A stretch of DNA of 64,000 nucleotides from Candidatus Iainarchaeum sp. GTDB taxonomy: Archaea; Iainarchaeota; Iainarchaeia; Iainarchaeales; GCA-2688035. The stretch lies in contig JAFCCL010000008.1 of NCBI GenBank assembly GCA_017610205.1, positions 1-64,000 on the forward strand, in the 5' to 3' direction. Shown piece by piece: positions 9,874 through 19,362 of the stretch. The position numbers were made by a program, and so were the translations under genes. The stretch's first letter is position 1, and every line of letters starts with the position of its first letter. The notes beneath the pieces were generated by a model. It saw only the letters and a list, made by a program, of their open reading frames with translations, was not told the origin of the DNA and searched no databases.

Positions 9874-10335
9874 TTATAATTTCCTTATTTTTATCCCTGC
9901 TTCCTCCAAAACACCCTTGCTTAATTCGTCTTTTTCATCGTTCAAAAAAACAATTTCTTTAATTCCTGCATTTATGAGAAGTTTTGCACAAAGAATGCAG
10001 GGAAATGTTGTAGAGTAAAGTATTGCACCCCTGGTTGAAACTCCCTGAAAGGCAGCCTGTGCAATTGCGTTTTGCTCTGCGTGTGTTGCCCTGCAATATT
10101 CCAATCTTTCACCACTTGCAATGCCATTATCCTTCCTAATGCAATTTCCAAGTTCAAGGCAGTTTTTTACGCCCTTGGGAGCGCCATTATAGCCAGTTGC
10201 AAGAATCTGCTTGTCTTTAACCAAAACAGCCCCTACTTTTTTGCCCCTGAAGCAGGAAGCCCTTTTTGAAGCAGTCTTTGCTATTTCAAGAAAATATTCA
10301 TCCCAACTAATTCTCTGAACCAAAAAAAAACCCAC
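9874..10335 (-). CDS. dCMP deaminase (ComEB family)
   Basis: SWDEYF, ATGYNG, HAEQNA, PCILC. Confidence 0.93.
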   Translation of the reverse strand: MGFFLVQRISWDEYFLEIAKTASKRASCFRGKKVGAVLVKDKQILATGYNGAPKGVKNCLELGNCIRKDNGIASGERLEYCRATHAEQNAIAQAAFQGVSTRGAILYSTTFPCILCAKLLINAGIKEIVFLNDEKDELSKGVLEEAGIKIRKL

Positions 10336-10347
10336 TAAAAAATTTAG

Positions 10348-10474
10348 CGAGCCCGAAGGGATTCGAACCCTCGACGCCTAAACCAAGCATCTCCGCTAAG
10401 AGAATGCATTCTGGTCGCTGCCTCCCATCTGGAAGTTAAGAGCCAGGTGCTCTACCAGACTGAGCTACGGGCCC
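10348..10474 (-). tRNA. tRNA-Lys(CTT) with two introns: 10416-10436 (37/38) and 10379-10410 (42/43)
   Basis: Removing both gives a 74-nt cloverleaf collinear with the neighbouring intronless tRNA-Lys; both introns form BHB-like motifs. Confidence 0.88.
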
Positions 10475-10536
10475 ATAAAAACATTTTTCTATGGGTAAAT
10501 TTTTGAATATTTTTAGCCACCAAATGTGGTAACTAA

Positions 10537-10610
10537 CGAGCCCGCAGGGATTTGAACCCTGGACACCTTGGTTAAAAGCCAAGTGCTCTGCCAGACTGAG
10601 CTACGGGCCC
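10537..10610 (-). tRNA. tRNA-Lys(TTT), intronless
   Basis: GGGCCCG/CGGGCTC acceptor, CTTGG-CTTTTAA-CCAAG anticodon arm, TTCAAAT. Confidence 0.97.
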
Positions 10611-10703
10611 TGGTATAAGAAAAAGTGTTGGAAAAGCATTAAAAATGTTCATTTGACCAAAAAAATAATAAAAATTAATGGTTAAATTTGAATAAAGTCA
10701 ATT

Positions 10704-11030
10704 TCATTGCTCCCTTAACAAATCGCGTATAAAAATTCCTGTTTGAGTTAGGGCATAAGTATTCTTGTTTCTAATTTCCTTAATAATGCCTTTTTGAATC
10801 AGGGTATTGATAGCATCTTTTGACAAACGAGCTATTTCTCCGCTTGGAACTTTAGACCTTGATTTGAATAGGGTAAAGACTGGAAGAAGATCTGGCCTTT
10901 CAGCAAAAAAAGTATTTCGAACATTTCTGGCATTGTCAATAGGGCCCATTGCATGAATGCCTTTTCCTAGAACCGACCTTCGAATTCTTCCACCACCAAC
11001 CTTTGAGTGCTTTCCACCGTACCTGCCCAT
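10704..11030 (-). CDS. Hypothetical basic protein, possible C-terminal winged helix
   Basis: LIQKGII..YALTQTG resembles a wHTH wing. Confidence 0.55.
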   Translation of the reverse strand: MGRYGGKHSKVGGGRIRRSVLGKGIHAMGPIDNARNVRNTFFAERPDLLPVFTLFKSRSKVPSGEIARLSKDAINTLIQKGIIKEIRNKNTYALTQTGIFIRDLLREQ

Positions 11031-11040
11031 GTAATATCAC

Positions 11041-12312
11041 TTATTTTTTAACTTTTCCTTTAATTTCCTTCAAACCATTCATGTACTTTTGTAACACTGT
11101 TGGAATCTTTATTGTTCCTTTTTTTGTTTGATATGTTTCAATTATTATGCGAAGCATTCTCGTGGTGGCAACCATAGTATTGTTTAGAGTAAAAACAACC
11201 ACTTTTTTGCCGTTCTTTTTTCTATACCTTATTCCAAGCCGCCTTGCCTGATAATCAGTACAGTTGCTGCAGCTCATCAACTCAATATATTTTTCCTCCC
11301 GCGGAGACCAGCCATTGAAATCATATTTTTTGGCAGCTATGCTTCCAATGTCGCCAGTGCAGACATTTACCTTTTCAAAAGGAATTTTAAGGCCCTTAAG
11401 CAATGTTTCAGAATTGTTTGCAATTTCTTCAAAAAGTTTTTGGCTTTGGGCTGGTGTGCAAAAAACAAATTGCTCTATTTTGTTAAATTGGTGCACTCGG
11501 AAAAATCCCCTTTCGTCAAGACCATGCTTTCCAATTTCTTTTCTGAAACAAGCACTTAACCCGGCGTATTTTATTGGCAAATCCTTTTCGTTAAGAATTT
11601 CGTCTTGATACATTGCAGCCATTGGATGCTCTGATGTTGCAATAAGATAAAGGTCTTCGTCCTCAGCCCTGTACATTACACTTTCAAAATCGTCAAGAGA
11701 AACAACTCCTTCATAGGGTTTTCTTCGCATAAGAAAAGGCGGTTGAATTGGAACAAAACCTTTTTTCAAAAGAATATCAAGAGCGTAACGCTGCAAAGCA
11801 AGATCAAGCATTGCAAGAGCACCTTTAAGGTAAAAAAAGCCATTGCCACTAATCTTTACAGCCCGTTCAAAATCTGCTATATCAAGCTCTACTGCAAGCT
11901 GCCCATGATGTTTTATTGGAAAAGCTGGTTTTTTTGCAGAACCTGTTTTTTTTACAACAACATTTTCTGAATCATCCTTTCCAAAAGGAACAGAGTTATC
12001 CAAAAGATTTGGAAGCCTCATAAGATAGTAATCAACCTTTTCCTTAAGTTTGACCATTTCGGATTCTTTTTCCTTAATTTTGCCAGCAGTGTCCTTCGCA
12101 GTTTTAATTGCAGCAGGGCTGGGTTTGGATCTTACATCTGAAAGCGTGTTCATTTTCTGCCTTAAGACATCAACTTCCTGTTTAAGGAAACGCCATTGCT
12201 TGTCTTTTTTAATCAAGCCCTTAAGCCAGGCAACCTTTTCAGAATTGTGCCTTTTCGCAAGATTTTCTTCAACCAGACCAGGATTTTGCCTTATAAGATT
12301 TATATCAAGCAT
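11041..12312 (-). CDS. serS: Seryl-tRNA synthetase
   Basis: MLDINLIR, LIATSEHP, FRKE, FRVHQFNKIEQF, SCSNCTDYQARRL. Confidence 0.97.
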   Translation of the reverse strand: MLDINLIRQNPGLVEENLAKRHNSEKVAWLKGLIKKDKQWRFLKQEVDVLRQKMNTLSDVRSKPSPAAIKTAKDTAGKIKEKESEMVKLKEKVDYYLMRLPNLLDNSVPFGKDDSENVVVKKTGSAKKPAFPIKHHGQLAVELDIADFERAVKISGNGFFYLKGALAMLDLALQRYALDILLKKGFVPIQPPFLMRRKPYEGVVSLDDFESVMYRAEDEDLYLIATSEHPMAAMYQDEILNEKDLPIKYAGLSACFRKEIGKHGLDERGFFRVHQFNKIEQFVFCTPAQSQKLFEEIANNSETLLKGLKIPFEKVNVCTGDIGSIAAKKYDFNGWSPREEKYIELMSCSNCTDYQARRLGIRYRKKNGKKVVVFTLNNTMVATTRMLRIIIETYQTKKGTIKIPTVLQKYMNGLKEIKGKVKK

Positions 12313-12369
12313 TTTTTCACCTATAACTTAAGTACTAATAAAAATCGTTTGCAACTAATATAAATCTAT

Positions 12370-12906
12370 ATGGTTGGAAAGGAAATTGTGGTACTAAGAT
12401 ATGGACACAGGTTTGTAAGAGATTACAGAGTTACCTCCCACTGCTGCCTAGTGGCAAGAGCCTTTGGAGCAAAAAAAGTAATTATTGCAGGAGATGAAGA
12501 TTCAAGCATAAAGGAAAGTGTGGAAGATATTGTAAAAAGATGGGGCGGGCCGTTTAAAATTGAATTTACTAAAAGCTGGAGAAAAACATTAACAGCATTC
12601 AGGAAAAAGGGTTTTTTTGTAGTGCACTTGACAATGTATGGGTTACAATTACAAAAAGAAGAAGAAAAAATAGGAAAGAATAAAAAAATTCTAATAGTAA
12701 TAGGCAGTCAAAAGGTTGAGAAAGAAGTTTATGAAGAAAGCGATGCAAACATTTCAGTAACAAGCCAACCGCACAGCGAGATTGCAGCACTTGCAGTTGC
12801 TCTTGACAGGATACAACAAGGAAAAGAAATTAATAAGAGATTTTTAAAATCAAAAATTAAAATCATTCCACAAAAAATGGGAAAAAAGGTAAAAAAAAGG
12901 AGTTAG
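12370..12906 (+). CDS. trm56: tRNA (cytidine56-2'-O)-methyltransferase
   Basis: LRYGHR..RDYRVTSHC.LVARAFGA, HLTMYG, GSQKV, QPHSEIAALA. Confidence 0.95.
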   Translation: MVGKEIVVLRYGHRFVRDYRVTSHCCLVARAFGAKKVIIAGDEDSSIKESVEDIVKRWGGPFKIEFTKSWRKTLTAFRKKGFFVVHLTMYGLQLQKEEEKIGKNKKILIVIGSQKVEKEVYEESDANISVTSQPHSEIAALAVALDRIQQGKEINKRFLKSKIKIIPQKMGKKVKKRS

Positions 12907-12937
12907 TTTAAATCACCTTTGAAAAATAAGTATTTAG

Positions 12938-13483
12938 TTGATACCCTTGCCGACAAAAAAAAAGTTTATCAAATTACCTTTAGTACAGGAATTCCTAGAA
13001 GGAACAGGTGGAGAAGCAGCCATAGGAGTTGCAGCCTTTTGTGAAAAAAAAGGCAAACGAGTGACAGACGAAGAAATCGCAAAAAAAATGAAAGTAAAAG
13101 TTACTGAAATAAGAACTGTTTTGAATAGATTGCATTACAAAGGAATTGCGTGTTATAAAAAAACAAAAAATAAGAGAAACGGATGGTATAATTATACCTG
13201 GGAAATTAAAAAGAAACGAATTGTCGAACTAATTCTTGAAGAACAAAAAGAAAATATTAAAAAACTTGAGGAAAAACAGAATTTTGGAAAAAATTACTGT
13301 TTTTTCAGTTGTAAAAACACATGCAATGTTACTCCTTTTGAAATAGCAGCAGAATACCAATTTAAATGCCCTGAATGTGGAGAAACTATGAATTCGTTTG
13401 ATTACAGTAAAAAACTTGAAAGTATCAACAAACAGATAGATACAATGAAAAAAGAAGTAGGGCAACTGGAAAAAATAACCTAA
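12938..13483 (+). CDS. tfe: Transcription factor E alpha
   Basis: TDEEIA..IRTVLNRL, GWYNYTW, Zn ribbon F.CPECG. Confidence 0.93.
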   Translation: MIPLPTKKKFIKLPLVQEFLEGTGGEAAIGVAAFCEKKGKRVTDEEIAKKMKVKVTEIRTVLNRLHYKGIACYKKTKNKRNGWYNYTWEIKKKRIVELILEEQKENIKKLEEKQNFGKNYCFFSCKNTCNVTPFEIAAEYQFKCPECGETMNSFDYSKKLESINKQIDTMKKEVGQLEKIT

Positions 13484-13679
13484 AAAACACAAAATCTTGG
13501 ACAGATTTTAAAACAAAGAAAGAAAGAAAAAATAATAAAATCCTGGCCCCACAAGCCTTTTCATAAGCTTAAAAGGCCAGAAATTAAGCTAAATGAGAAA
13601 TAGGGTAAAAAAAGACGGTTTTGGTTGAAAAGGGGTTAGAAGGCTTCTTTTTAAACCTTTTTATATAAGTTTTTATTAA

Positions 13680-13754
13680 AGCGGGGTGGGGCAGCCAGGA
13701 GTGCCCGTCGGGCTCATAACCCGAAGGTCGGAGGTTCAAATCCTCTCCCCGCTA
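13680..13754 (+). tRNA. Initiator tRNA-Met(CAT)
   Basis: A1-T72 pair, GGG/CCC in anticodon stem, CAT anticodon. Confidence 0.95.
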
Positions 13755-13758
13755 TTAG

Positions 13759-14160
13759 CTCACAAAATCAGGCTAAACTTATTCTTTAAAAACACCAAAT
13801 TAGGGCGGTTTTTAAGTACCTCACAAGGGGACAAAAAGCAACTAAATCTATGAAAACTTATTTTTAAGCGAAAAAAGGCATATCACAATAAAGGGATGGA
13901 ACAAATGAAAAAAATAAAAATAAAAGTAGTGAAAAGGCAGGTCTCACAAAGGGATAAAAGCAAGCAAAAAGGCCAGAAAAGAAGACAGGCTATGTTAACA
14001 AGGCACTCAATCTAAAGCAATAAAACAGATTAAATGAGATATAAAAAAACATGCAAAATAAGCCACTCACACAGTAAAATAAATGTTTAAAAACAACCAG
14101 GGTAAGCATGTTCCTACTTATTTAAAAAAAGAGCAGGATAAACATACTCACTCAGGAGCA
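13759..14160. repeat. Degenerate ~61-bp periodic array anchored on AAGGCA(n)CTCACAA
   Basis: CTCAC-like cores at 13759, 13820, 13882, 13943, 14006, 14066 and 14147. Confidence 0.5.
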
Positions 14161-14184
14161 TAAACAACAAAAACTAACAAAATA

Positions 14185-14250
14185 GGTAATTACAGTTAAT
14201 TACCATAATGAGAGTTCATTACCGTAATCATTTAAAGTAATTACGGTTAT
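14185..14250. promoter_or_regulatory. ATTACnnTAAT-like operator array upstream of the wHTH gene
   Basis: Copies at 14189, 14199, 14218, 14240; palindrome GGTAATTA-CAGT-TAATTACC at 14185-14204. Confidence 0.6.
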
Positions 14251-14262
14251 TATAATAATAAC

Positions 14263-14724
14263 ATGGTATTTAAAAAAATTGTAAGAAGCATAATCGGGCT
14301 TTTCCACAAGGCAGATGATTGGAGTGCGGAAAGCCCTAAAAAGGTCTATAAAGTAGAAAAAACAAGGGAAGAAAGGCGTTTTGAAGAAATACACGGGGTC
14401 TGGGATTATTTAAAATTTAAGGCAAATACTCAAGCATACCATCTTTCAAATGTGATTGGTTTTGATGAATGGGTGGATATGACTGAGATTAGAAGAAGAA
14501 TAAAGGAACTTTTTAGAGTAGAATACAAAAACGAACGAAGCCTTTATCCCTATCTTAAAACATTAACAGATATAGGCCTTATGGAAAGCAATAGTATTGG
14601 CGGCAGGATGCAGTGGAGAAAACACGATTTAGCAGTAAAAATAAGTAAAAAAGAAGAAGAAAAACAGGTTGCTAGTATAAAGGCAGCACTGGCAAAAAAG
14701 CCAAGGGAAGAAGAAGAAAAATAG
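14263..14724 (+). CDS. Winged-helix domain protein
   Basis: MTEIRRRIKE..SLYPYLKTLTDIGLMES..GGRMQWR. Confidence 0.7.
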   Translation: MVFKKIVRSIIGLFHKADDWSAESPKKVYKVEKTREERRFEEIHGVWDYLKFKANTQAYHLSNVIGFDEWVDMTEIRRRIKELFRVEYKNERSLYPYLKTLTDIGLMESNSIGGRMQWRKHDLAVKISKKEEEKQVASIKAALAKKPREEEEK

Positions 14725-14765
14725 GCAGAATTAACACCAGGGAAGAAAAAGAAGTTTTAAGAATA

Positions 14766-15362
14766 TTAAGCCTGGTTTTTTAATTTCTTATAGTTTGAAT
14801 AAAATGCCTTTAGTTTTTCAGACTGAGAATAAACGCTTTTGAACCAGTCGCTTGTAGCAACAGGCGTAGCTTCAGATAAAAGCATCGAAACATATGCTTT
14901 ATCAAATTCGCTGGTTTTTGAAGCAGTCATATTAAGCATTGAAGAAAGCGACTCCATTTTACCTGATTCAGAAGGAACATAATGTCTTTCCAAAAGAGAT
15001 TCAATTGCTGTTGCGGCGTTCTTTTCATCAACTGTTTTTTCGTTCATATAATAAACTGCTTTCCAGTCGCCTTTTCCTTTCCAGGTGTGGGCAGGGTTTC
15101 TACCGGTTTTAAAGAATTCAAGAAGATTTTGAAAATTTCCCGAAGGAATAATAACACAATTTTTGCCAGGGCGAAGATAAGGAGTTGATGATAAAACACC
15201 TGGCCGGCGATAATGATATATTTTACCGTTTGATTTGAAAACTGATTGGGTATAGCCATATAGTGCTCTGAACAGTTTTTGATAAGTATAACTTGAATGC
15301 TTCATGTTTTCAGGGATTATGAATTTGTATTGAATAAAATAACCTTTGACTCCCATAGACAC
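14766..15362 (-). CDS. Conserved archaeal hypothetical protein (possible Cas2/VapD-like ferredoxin fold at N-terminus)
   Basis: KLFRALYGY..GK.Y.Y.RPGVL..PY.R..CVIIP pattern. Confidence 0.65.
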   Translation of the reverse strand: MSMGVKGYFIQYKFIIPENMKHSSYTYQKLFRALYGYTQSVFKSNGKIYHYRRPGVLSSTPYLRPGKNCVIIPSGNFQNLLEFFKTGRNPAHTWKGKGDWKAVYYMNEKTVDEKNAATAIESLLERHYVPSESGKMESLSSMLNMTASKTSEFDKAYVSMLLSEATPVATSDWFKSVYSQSEKLKAFYSNYKKLKNQA

Positions 15363-15403
15363 CCCGTCCCTCCACTATTAACTACTACTACAATACTAAT
15401 TGT

Positions 15404-15428
15404 CTTATGTATAATATTAATACATAAG
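15404..15428. promoter_or_regulatory. Palindrome CTTATGTAT-N7-ATACATAAG in the promoter of the 15362 gene
   Basis: 9-bp inverted arms next to TTTAAA box at about 15432. Confidence 0.6.
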
Positions 15429-15530
15429 AATATTTAAACTTTTACTAACGTTTAAATTTGATTTAAAAAGGTTTGGTGTTTTTAGAAAAGAAAGATAAAG
15501 AAAAAAATCCTGTTAAAACAGGGAAAACAC

Positions 15531-15836
15531 TTAGTGCCTTTTAGATCTATAATATGAAGTTCTTGCCTTTTCTCTGGGTTCGGGGCCTGCAACAACTTTT
15601 CCGCCAACCAATATAATATCTTTTGCAGCCTTCACATTTTTGTAGGGAATACTCTTTTCACTAATGATTTTTTTGGCTTCCTGTTTTGATCTGGCTTTCA
15701 GCGCCTCTGTTGTAATGGTTTCCAAACGTCCTTTTTCTAGGTTTATTATAACATCAAAAACCTTTCCTTTGTACTCAGCGTCATTAGTGTAGATATCCAT
15801 TCCAAATAATTTTGATAATCGCATTGTCATTTTCAA
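15531..15836 (-). CDS. PRC-barrel domain protein (CdpB-like)
   Basis: LSKLFGMDIYTNDAEYKGKVFDVIIN..IPYKNVKAAKDIILV. Confidence 0.85.
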   Translation of the reverse strand: MKMTMRLSKLFGMDIYTNDAEYKGKVFDVIINLEKGRLETITTEALKARSKQEAKKIISEKSIPYKNVKAAKDIILVGGKVVAGPEPREKARTSYYRSKRH

Positions 15837-16125
15837 CCCTCCTTTAATTTTACTATAATAATAATCTCGTTAAACTATATAAGCGTTTTGGTCGGCTTTC
15901 CTTCTAAAAAACAAGTAAAAGAATTACTTATACATAATCTTTTCTTCCTTCTAAAACACCAACTATATTTCACATACACCTTATACATAATCGTTATTTT
16001 TCTCCATTCTTTACTTTCTATCATGTCTAATTAATATTTCTCTATTTATACATAAAAAAAGATAGTTTTCATTTTAGGTTTCTTTTAAATTTTTTTTGCT
16101 AATTTATTTTTTTCACTTGATTGTT

Positions 16126-16401
16126 ATGGCAGTAAATTTTATACAAAACAGGCTTTTTTAAGGGTAAAACCTGTTAATGCAATAATTGTCTTGCCCGGGG
16201 AGATAATGCCTGGCATGCGTCTGCTCTTGTAAAAGAAGTTGATTGTACATTTCCGCATATAATCAATCTGCTTTCCTAATTTGAGGAGCTGGCCATTATT
16301 TCATTTAAGGTTGAGGCGGCATAAAAAAACTCATTTTTTTAACCCTTAAAGGCAGAAAATTATCTGCTGATTTTTCCAGACTTTCAACAACACTGGCCTA
16401 A
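16126..16401 (+). pseudogene. Disrupted MarR-like wHTH regulator
   Basis: Stitched frames give ..FLRVKPVNAII/CLARGDNAWHASALVKEVDCTFPHIINLLS*FEELAIISFKVE/IKKLIFLTLKGRKLSADF; about 3 frameshifts and 1 stop; absent from ORF track. Confidence 0.75.
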
Positions 16402-16512
16402 CTTACTAACAATACTGTTTGGTCCTAATGTGTTGTGTTTCTTTTCTAACTTCGAAATTAGTGGAAGTCTGGGGGCTGCCTTTTCAACCCCTTCGTTCAT
16501 GGTTTTAAAATA

Positions 16513-17403
16513 TTACAGCCTGTCCAGTGGACTTTTTACTTTCTTTAATTCTGCCGTGCTTACTCTTGTATATATTTGGGTAGTGCTTAAGTCGCTGTGC
16601 CCTAAAAGTTCCTGTATTTTTCTAATGTTTTCACCTGTTTCCAGAAGGTGGGTTGCGTAACTATGCCTCAAAGTATGTGGGGTAACCTTTTTTTGAATAC
16701 CTGCTTTTTCAGCTGCTTTTTTTACAACTCTTTGTACTGTGTCTGATGAAAGAGGTGTTCCATTTTTTTTACTAAAAACAAAAACACTTTTGATTTTTTT
16801 TCTTTTGAGATATTTTTTTATGTGTTTTAACCATTCTTTTGAGAGTATTATCATTCTGTCCTTATTTCCCTTTCCTCCTCTTATTGAGGCCATTTTTTCT
16901 TTAAAATCCAGATTCTCTGTTTTGAGTTTGACACACTCACTTACCCTGCATCCTGAACTGTAAAGGAATTCTACAATCAACCTGTCTCTTTTTGGAGGAG
17001 TTGCCTTTATCAATTTTTTTACTTCGTCTCTTCCAAGCACTGTTGGAAGTTTTGTAGCCTTTTTTGCAATCTTTATATCTTCAACTATTTTCTTACGCAT
17101 TATTTTGTGGAAAAAGAAATGCAAAGCCGCGTGAACTAATGCAAGCGTTGCATTACTTACATTTCCTTTTTCTTTTTTTTCTGCAAGGAACGCAACAATA
17201 TCATCGCGTTCACATTGTTCAATTGGTTTTTTTAAAAATCGGTCGAATTCATTAAAATAACACAAATACATTTTTACAGTTCTTGAACTGTAACCACTCA
17301 CTATCAACTCTTGTCTTAGTTTTTGAACCCAATTATCATTTCCAATTTCTTCCACGCTGCCCTTTTCATCTTTTACTTCAGAAGTGTTTGCAGTATAATC
17401 CAT
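16513..17403 (-). CDS. xerA: Xer-family tyrosine recombinase (XerA-like)
   Basis: SAM-like N-domain; GCRVSE, GKGNKDR, HTLRHSYATH, LGHSDLSTTQIY. Confidence 0.9.
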   Translation of the reverse strand: MDYTANTSEVKDEKGSVEEIGNDNWVQKLRQELIVSGYSSRTVKMYLCYFNEFDRFLKKPIEQCERDDIVAFLAEKKEKGNVSNATLALVHAALHFFFHKIMRKKIVEDIKIAKKATKLPTVLGRDEVKKLIKATPPKRDRLIVEFLYSSGCRVSECVKLKTENLDFKEKMASIRGGKGNKDRMIILSKEWLKHIKKYLKRKKIKSVFVFSKKNGTPLSSDTVQRVVKKAAEKAGIQKKVTPHTLRHSYATHLLETGENIRKIQELLGHSDLSTTQIYTRVSTAELKKVKSPLDRL

Positions 17404-17493
17404 GTTACTATTTAGACTTTCTTGTTTTTATTTTTTTGCCCTGCTAAAAGCAACTTTTTAATATCTTTTCATTCATCTGTTCATTTGATTACC

Positions 17494-17709
17494 GTGTCTA
17501 AAAAAGCAAAACTTAAACCACTGCCTGAAGGAAAGATTGACAAACCAGGGGACAAAGAATGGACTGAATGGTACAAAAACCTTGATGTAAAAGAACACGA
17601 AAAACACCTTGCACAATTGGGCCTTGACAAAGAGGACATAGGGGAATGGGAAGAAATTGAAGGATTTAAAAAACCTTCAAATGAAAAACCCTCTAAAAAA
17701 AAGAAATAA
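17494..17709 (+). CDS. Small charged hypothetical protein
   Basis: Protein-like composition from GTG 17494. Confidence 0.55.
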   Translation: MSKKAKLKPLPEGKIDKPGDKEWTEWYKNLDVKEHEKHLAQLGLDKEDIGEWEEIEGFKKPSNEKPSKKKK

Positions 17710-17780
17710 TTTTACACGCCTTTTTTTCCTTGTTTTTGATAGCGCTTGCTTTGTTTATTTGCCCAAAAAACACAAGAAAG

Positions 17781-18014
17781 TTATTCTGAAATTTGGGCGT
17801 AATGAATAAGCTGTCTTGCCTGGATTCCCAAAACCAACCCGCCAATTCCTGCAAGCCATGCTGCAAAATAATACATAAAAGCGGCTTCGTTTCCGCCTGT
17901 TACTATGTGGGTTAAGATTCCTTGCACCATGCTCCAAACAAAAAGCGTTGCGAAGGCAACGCCTAGTACAAAATAGAACGATCCCTTCAAAAACATAAAT
18001 CTTACTTTCTGCAT
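17781..18014 (-). CDS. Small 2-TM membrane protein
   Basis: Two hydrophobic helices. Confidence 0.65.
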   Translation of the reverse strand: MQKVRFMFLKGSFYFVLGVAFATLFVWSMVQGILTHIVTGGNEAAFMYYFAAWLAGIGGLVLGIQARQLIHYAQISE

Positions 18015-18114
18015 GGTTATTTAGTAAAAACAATCTCTTTTTAAACAGTTTAACTGTATATTAGTATAACACAAAGTCCTATTTATATGTGTTTTTTTTG
18101 TAATGTAAAAGAAG

Positions 18115-18315
18115 GTGTTAGATGTGGATATGGGAATAGACGAAGAAATGAGACAACAGTTGCTTGCTGAGGAATTCAAACTCAGAAAAAAGCAGCCTCC
18201 TGCATGGACTATGCAGAAATACAGAAAATATGCCAACTTTGGTGCAAACAGAAAAAAGAAAGAAGAAATCAAAAACCAAAAAACAAAAACTGAAACAGTA
18301 AAGGAATCTACATAA
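18115..18315 (+). CDS. Small hypothetical protein
   Basis: ORF with SD-like GAAGGTG; true start may be ATG 18129. Confidence 0.5.
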   Translation: MLDVDMGIDEEMRQQLLAEEFKLRKKQPPAWTMQKYRKYANFGANRKKKEEIKNQKTKTETVKEST

Positions 18316-18528
18316 TTTTTGTTTTTTTTTGTTTTCTTCAAAAATTCTTTTTTTTTCAAAACCTTTTTCAAAAACCAGCTTTTGCTTAACTTTAAAAAGC
18401 ATTTGCTGGGCTATATTTTTACCCGCAAGGGGTACTAAAATGGAATTAAGGGTAGAAATAAAATTACAGTCTTTTTTCTGGCATTTTATTTATAAATATC
18501 TTAAGTTCCTTAACTGGAGGTAAATAAC

Positions 18529-19017
18529 ATGGCATACAGTCAATATAACCGGAGAAGATTTGAAGGAGAAAAACCTGTAAATGAAGGAGAAACATACGAC
18601 ATAGAGATTGAAGCAACAGGCGCAAAAGGAGACGGAATCGGCAAAATCAAGGGCTTTGTTGTAATAATCCCTGGAGCAAAACCAGGCCAGACAGTAAAAG
18701 TCAAAATTGATGCTGTTAGGGGCAAGGTTGCTTTTGGCACACTTGTTGGTGAAGCAGAAGCTGTTCCCGCCAAGGAAGAAGGCGAGGAAACAACTGAGCC
18801 TGCTGAGGAAGAGCCTGCTGAGGAAGAGCCTGCTGAGGAAGAGCCTGCGGCTGAGGAACCTGCTGAGGAAGAGCCTGCGGCTGAGGAACCTGCTGAGGAA
18901 GAGCCTGCGGCTGAGGAACCTGCTGAGGAAGAGCCTGCTGAGGAAGAGCCTGCGGCTGAGGAACCTGCTGAGGAAAAGCCTGCTGAGGAAGAGCCTAAAG
19001 AAGGAAAAAAGGAATAA
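18529..19017 (+). CDS. TRAM-domain RNA chaperone with long acidic EEPA tail
   Basis: KPV.EGETYD.EIE..G.KGDGI.KIKGFVVI.PGA..G; GGAGGT SD. Confidence 0.9.
   Translation: MAYSQYNRRRFEGEKPVNEGETYDIEIEATGAKGDGIGKIKGFVVIIPGAKPGQTVKVKIDAVRGKVAFGTLVGEAEAVPAKEEGEETTEPAEEEPAEEEPAEEEPAAEEPAEEEPAAEEPAEEEPAAEEPAEEEPAEEEPAAEEPAEEKPAEEEPKEGKKE
18796..18996 (+). repeat. 15/18-bp coding tandem repeat (EPAEE/EPAAEE)
   Basis: gagcctgctgaggaa and gagcctgcggctgaggaa units. Confidence 0.9.
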
Positions 19018-19127
19018 TTCTATTTTTTTGGGAACCTTGTTCCCAAATATTTCATTTTTTTGGGTTTATTTTCCAAAACAAATATACTTAAATTTATCAT
19101 CTCCCTTATATTGGTGAGGTGGGTATT

Positions 19128-19298
19128 TTGTCATTAACTACTACTACTGAAAGACGTGTTGAAAATTTTGCAGAAAAAAAAAGATGGCGTTGTCTGTACT
19201 GTGGTAACATAATTGAAAATCCAACAGACTTGTACACCAGGCGTTTTTGCACTATAGCTTGCAAGGATGCATACTTTAGACCGCTTGATTCAATTTAA
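19128..19298 (+). CDS. 56-aa zinc-finger protein (CxxC..FCxxxC, TRASH/MYM-like)
   Basis: TTG start after GGTGAGGTG; RCLYCG..RRFCTIACK; below ORF-track cutoff. Confidence 0.75.
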   Translation: MSLTTTTERRVENFAEKKRWRCLYCGNIIENPTDLYTRRFCTIACKDAYFRPLDSI

Positions 19299-19362
19299 TT
19301 TTCTTTAAATTCATTGCTTCCAAAAAAGCAGATTTAAATACTTTGGAAGCACCAATTTTATT

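Noticed and set aside
13759-14160. Bona fide CRISPR array
   Set aside because: Only 5-12 bp are shared per unit and no cas genes are present; kept only as a periodic motif
15927-16055. DnaA boxes or oriC
   Set aside because: TTATACATA is one mismatch from TTATNCACA, but the conserved unit extends to CATAA and the host is archaeal
13680-17403. Integrated element from tRNA-iMet to the recombinase
   Set aside because: No duplicated tRNA 3' end seen; cargo looks chromosomal and the recombinase is XerA-like
16513-17403. Integron integrase IntI
   Set aside because: Lacks the IntI-specific insertion between patch II and patch III
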